DNA of 64,000 bases from a virus. The notes beneath the pieces were generated by a model that worked only from the letters and a program-made list of their open reading frames with translations, was not told the DNA's origin and did no database searches. Location of the stretch: positions 15,695-79,694 of IMG/VR virus record IMGVR_UViG_3300031963_000075; one strand, given 5' to 3'. This document shows, piece by piece, positions 60,128-64,000 of this stretch (within the stretch, counting starts at the first letter, position 1; every line of letters begins with the position of its first letter). The position numbers and the translations under genes were made by a program.

Positions 60128-63019
60128 TTAACTTGCAATTTCTGTGGCAATACAAATCTCACCACGTTCTTTTATTAATCTATTCATATCATTAAAGGAT
60201 ATAGTTGCTCTTCCATTTTTTCCCCAATTTTTACCCCAACTATTTTTTATTCTAAATGTTTTGTTTTTAATATCAACACCATTAATTACATAAGCATGAC
60301 CTCCTGAATTTCTACCCCCAACCCTTATAAGTCCATTTTTGTCTGGAAAAAACATATTGTAATACCAATTTGTGCCCACAACTACAGGTCCAATCTTCAT
60401 TACCGTATCAATTAATGTATTTAAATCGAAAGCCCAATAGTACGATTTTATTTTACCTATCTTTTGTAAATATTTGGCGCCAGCACGAACTGACGTTCCT
60501 GCATAGTTTTCTCCTGGCCATTCGTCAATTTTTTGAGATTCAGTATATATAATATTTGGTTTAATAATTGGAGGTATTCCACCTTGTTCTGTTGGTCCGT
60601 CTTCTAACCAATGTGACCATGAAAACCCAACACATTGAGGTGTTCTACCTTGATCTCCCCACCAACCATCGTCGTTCCAATACCTTGAGGTAATTGTTGA
60701 TGATGAATTTGGTTTTACTACAGTACTTAATTTTGAAAAATTATTTTTAATTAGATAATTTAAATCCCTCTTATCTTCTTTTTCAACCCTACCTAATTCA
60801 AACGGTAATAAAGGTTCACCTGTTGTTGTTGTGGTTGTTACTAACGTTGTGGTGGTGGTAACAATCTCATTGTTTATACTAAATGTAAAATCATTTGTTA
60901 AACAAATTGTTGTATCACAATTTGGACAATCGGGGTCAAATAAATCAAATTTACCTTTAAGTAGTTTAAAATTATGTTTTACCTCATCAGAACTTAAAGG
61001 TTCGACATACATTCTAAATTGAGATATAGCACCCTCAAATGTACCCCCAAAATTTTGTTCCAATAATATATTTGTATTTAAACCAGATAAAGTTGTTGCA
61101 CTTAAAATATTATTTGGTAAACATTCAGGGTCTTGTATATAATTTGAGGTCAAACCAGTACAAGAAGAAAATGTAAGATTTTCGTGTAACCCTTGAGTTC
61201 CTCCTCCCCATGAAATATTAAATGGAACTCCTATTTGTTTTTCTTTATCGGTGTTAAGACCTCTTGGTATAACCTCCTCAAAGTTTTCTTTGGTGAATAT
61301 TTTTTTACCGTTAACATATATTTTTAGTCTTCCTAATCGATATTTTTTATCGTCTAACCATATGTTATTTAAATTAACTAACTCTATAAGTTCACCATTT
61401 TGGTCATTGTGAGTTAAAGGTGGTTTTATTAACTCAACTGAATTACCCGCTAAAGAATCTAAGTACTCAAATTTTGTTATGTCACCCAATCCTCCATAAT
61501 ATTTTAAATCACAGTAATCATACCATGAATATCTTTCCCAAACAACATCTACTAAAAACCAATGTTCTTCATTTAAAAATGCCGGATTTACTATCTCACA
61601 GTAAGGGTAAATTGGTGGAGTACAAAATTCCTCTATCGTATAACCAGTAACATATGTTTGCCCTGTAACACAAGTCCCTGTTGTTTCACAGTCACCCGTA
61701 AACCTTAAAACTTTTACCCCTATTTGTGGATTTTTAACATCACCACATAATTTAAATGAAATGTTGTTTGACATTACATCAAAAAGAGGGTCTGTCTCAC
61801 AAGTGTTTTCTATTGATGTAAACCCTGTTGAACCGCAGTTTATACAGTCTTTACATTCTTCACATACAGTACAACTTGGAGTACACACAGGTTTGGATAT
61901 TGTACAGGTTGGTTGTGGTGTTGACGTTGGTGTTGGGGTTGGGGTTGGTAGTATTACGGTTTCACATTTGTGTGTCTGACACTCCCACCCACAAGTTTCA
62001 CAAGGTTTATCATTACAACCACATCCACAACTAACCGACATTCTTTTATCACCACCACATAAATCACATCCATAATTTATATGAGGGTCATGTTGATTGT
62101 TAATCGATCTTGGGGGATATATGTATATACATCTACTATTAGTCACTGTTTTATCACAACACGCACAAGTAGATGGACAACCACTTAAAGAATTTGTTAC
62201 TCTTGTATAACCACTAAGACAATTTGGATATCCGTCCGCATGATGGTAAAATTTATTTTCCGCCCTTGTACCAAGATAAAAAAATGTATTTTTGTTTTGA
62301 GGATATATTAGGTTAAGAGTTGTTTCACTTGATAAAGGAAAGTATTCATTTATGAGTCTAGGTTTTAATATTATTTCTACACTCCAACCCTTTGACATTC
62401 TTTCAGGTAAAACTTCATAATCAAAACCAAAAAGTTTATAAAACCCTTGATAAAAACCACCATATAATTCATGATATTTACCAACGGTTGAATCTTGTTT
62501 ACTTACAATTTCATATAATGTTGTTTTGTTTATACCTGAAAATCTTTGATTAGTTTCAGTATATCCTGTTGTTTGAAACATTTTGAATCTTCTGTCAAAA
62601 TGTAATCTATCAAACTTTAAAAAATCACTATATAACCCTTTTGTAAAGTTTAAAGTTTCTCCAGTCATTTTATTAACTAATCCATTATCAATGCCAGTTA
62701 ATCCTACGTCACACAAAGTTGATGAAGAAAAACAAGTTAAATCATCATCATTTGGGTTAAAATAGTTTTGTGAAACAAAAACATTATTAGAATTAAAATT
62801 CTTATACGTCAGATTTAAACCCTGTGATGTCAATGGGTTATTAATGTCTATATTTATTGGTAACTTGTCTCCATAAGTTTCAGCAATCAAATACGGAGAA
62901 AACACCACTTCTTCATTAAAATCTCTTTCATCAGAAGTTAATGACATATCCATAGAATCATAAATGAGACCTATTTTTAGTTTTGGATAAACATATTGAT
63001 TAATATTTTGATATGACAT
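60128..63019 (-). CDS. Multidomain protein: LamG-like/Cys-rich region, Thr linker, C-terminal papain-like (C1) cysteine protease
   Basis: DQGRTPQCVGFS, GGHAYVING, IKNSWGKNWG give Q/C/H/N catalytic residues; LKIYVNGK and FEGAISQFRMY are LamG-like; likely start MSYQ at 63019. Confidence 0.75.
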   Translation of the reverse strand: MSYQNINQYVYPKLKIGLIYDSMDMSLTSDERDFNEEVVFSPYLIAETYGDKLPINIDINNPLTSQGLNLTYKNFNSNNVFVSQNYFNPNDDDLTCFSSSTLCDVGLTGIDNGLVNKMTGETLNFTKGLYSDFLKFDRLHFDRRFKMFQTTGYTETNQRFSGINKTTLYEIVSKQDSTVGKYHELYGGFYQGFYKLFGFDYEVLPERMSKGWSVEIILKPRLINEYFPLSSETTLNLIYPQNKNTFFYLGTRAENKFYHHADGYPNCLSGYTRVTNSLSGCPSTCACCDKTVTNSRCIYIYPPRSINNQHDPHINYGCDLCGGDKRMSVSCGCGCNDKPCETCGWECQTHKCETVILPTPTPTPTSTPQPTCTISKPVCTPSCTVCEECKDCINCGSTGFTSIENTCETDPLFDVMSNNISFKLCGDVKNPQIGVKVLRFTGDCETTGTCVTGQTYVTGYTIEEFCTPPIYPYCEIVNPAFLNEEHWFLVDVVWERYSWYDYCDLKYYGGLGDITKFEYLDSLAGNSVELIKPPLTHNDQNGELIELVNLNNIWLDDKKYRLGRLKIYVNGKKIFTKENFEEVIPRGLNTDKEKQIGVPFNISWGGGTQGLHENLTFSSCTGLTSNYIQDPECLPNNILSATTLSGLNTNILLEQNFGGTFEGAISQFRMYVEPLSSDEVKHNFKLLKGKFDLFDPDCPNCDTTICLTNDFTFSINNEIVTTTTTLVTTTTTTGEPLLPFELGRVEKEDKRDLNYLIKNNFSKLSTVVKPNSSSTITSRYWNDDGWWGDQGRTPQCVGFSWSHWLEDGPTEQGGIPPIIKPNIIYTESQKIDEWPGENYAGTSVRAGAKYLQKIGKIKSYYWAFDLNTLIDTVMKIGPVVVGTNWYYNMFFPDKNGLIRVGGRNSGGHAYVINGVDIKNKTFRIKNSWGKNWGKNGRATISFNDMNRLIKERGEICIATEIAS

Positions 63020-63072
63020 TCTTTTTATTTTATAAATACAACATATCAAAGTATTTATATAAAAAAGTATTT

Positions 63073-64000
63073 ATGTCTTATTTAGATAATATATTGACTG
63101 AGAAAAAAAATAAAACGATAGAAACTATAAGTAAAACTTTGAAGTCGTACAAAGATACTGCCGTAAGTGAGTTTAAAGAAACTCGTTTATTGGTCAGGAT
63201 TATAATTGGGGCAGCAAAAGAATATATTAGGAAAAAAGATTTTGATTTAAGTGATGAGGATAAAAAATTCATCAAAGACCAATCTTCTGATATTTTGAAA
63301 CTAATACCTTTAATAGTACTACAAGTAGTTCCAGGTTCTTCTATTGCTACACCATTTATAGTTAAGTTAAGTCAAAAATTAGGTATTAAACTCAACAGTA
63401 AAGTACCTGAAAAATATAAAGAAGATAAGGAAGTTAAAACTGATGGTGAAATTGATGAACTTGTTGGTGCTGACGGTTCTCCATTAGGTTCTAATATTCC
63501 GTTATTAAAATTGGACTTGCATCCAAGAAAAACTATGGACCAAACGGCAAGATCATCACGGGTAAGTCAGTTCCCTTTTATACGAGTTTACTACGGTGAA
63601 TCGGAAGAAAAGGATGGAAAAATTTTAGATGAGGTTGACTATTCAGAGGCCTTTGGTTATGAAGAAACAAGAAACGCTAAAACCTTTAAACAGTGTTTGT
63701 CGATATTCAAAGAGTTAGGAATTGACGATATTGATGATAGAAAGAGCAGATGTAAAGATTTTGGATTTGACCCAAAATTAAAAACTCAAGTAAGGGGTGC
63801 TTTTACTAAAAGAAGATTATCTGAATTAGAAAAGGAAAAGGTTGAATCGATTCTTGATGAAATTATTTTATCAAAAAGAGGAAAAAATACTGACTTAATT
63901 AAAAAAACCGAAACAGAAGAAAACGAGACAATTTTCAAAATACTTAAACGAAATCTTGAATCAATAAAAAATATAGCCGATAAAGAAAATATAGATATCA
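63073..64000 (+). CDS. Hypothetical protein, partial, with N-terminal LETM1-like segment
   Basis: ATG at 63073, open to the window end (MSYLDNILTEKKNK...); DLSDEDKKFIKDQSSDILKLIPLIVLQVVPGSSIATPFIVKL. Confidence 0.7.
   Translation, partial: MSYLDNILTEKKNKTIETISKTLKSYKDTAVSEFKETRLLVRIIIGAAKEYIRKKDFDLSDEDKKFIKDQSSDILKLIPLIVLQVVPGSSIATPFIVKLSQKLGIKLNSKVPEKYKEDKEVKTDGEIDELVGADGSPLGSNIPLLKLDLHPRKTMDQTARSSRVSQFPFIRVYYGESEEKDGKILDEVDYSEAFGYEETRNAKTFKQCLSIFKELGIDDIDDRKSRCKDFGFDPKLKTQVRGAFTKRRLSELEKEKVESILDEIILSKRGKNTDLIKKTETEENETIFKILKRNLESIKNIADKENIDI

Noticed and set aside
107-63275. Numerous short ORFs antisense or out-of-frame to long genes (e.g. 24388..24975, 28999..29592, 43440..43760, 63078..63275)
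   Set aside because: Fully nested in well-supported genes, with no recognisable motifs or upstream elements
1-64000. Genome-wide stop-codon reassignment (TAG to Gln)
   Set aside because: All long genes are intact in the standard code and only one small ORF has an internal TAG
1-64000. Eukaryotic giant virus origin suggested by mucin-like proteins, GT60 and papain domain
   Set aside because: Contractile-tail sheath, tube, baseplate and neck genes, operon packing and intrinsic terminators identify a tailed bacteriophage

Overview
A 64-kb segment of a large, AT-rich (roughly 30% GC by eye) myovirus genome with T4-like structural and replication modules. Most genes lie on the minus strand. Left to right: (i) baseplate genes (a >1500-aa protein running off the left edge, gp6/J-like wedge, gp25-like); (ii) a replication block (class II ribonucleotide reductase, DnaB/gp41-like helicase, 5'-3' exonuclease, RecA/UvsX, gp32-like SSB); (iii) a contractile-tail block (hub, LysM/gpX-like, large baseplate protein, tape measure, tail chaperone with a probable +1 frameshift, tube, sheath); (iv) neck genes, a SNF2 helicase, a zincin-Mn-SOD fusion and a family B DNA polymerase; (v) a ~19-kb accessory region. 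In that region, Thr/Pro mucin-like proteins and fibre proteins surround a five-gene glycosylation cassette led by a GT60-family polypeptide GlcNAc transferase, with a 2OG-Fe(II) oxygenase nearby. The best candidate for an undescribed system is this phage-encoded mucin-type O-glycosylation pathway acting on modular stalk+fibre appendages. SD-less A-rich leaders, TTG-N20-TAnnTTT promoters, and DUF5522- and LETM1-like genes suggest a Bacteroidota host (inference). I saw no tRNA, rRNA, CRISPR array, intron, intein or transposase. All family assignments come from motif recognition, not database searches.
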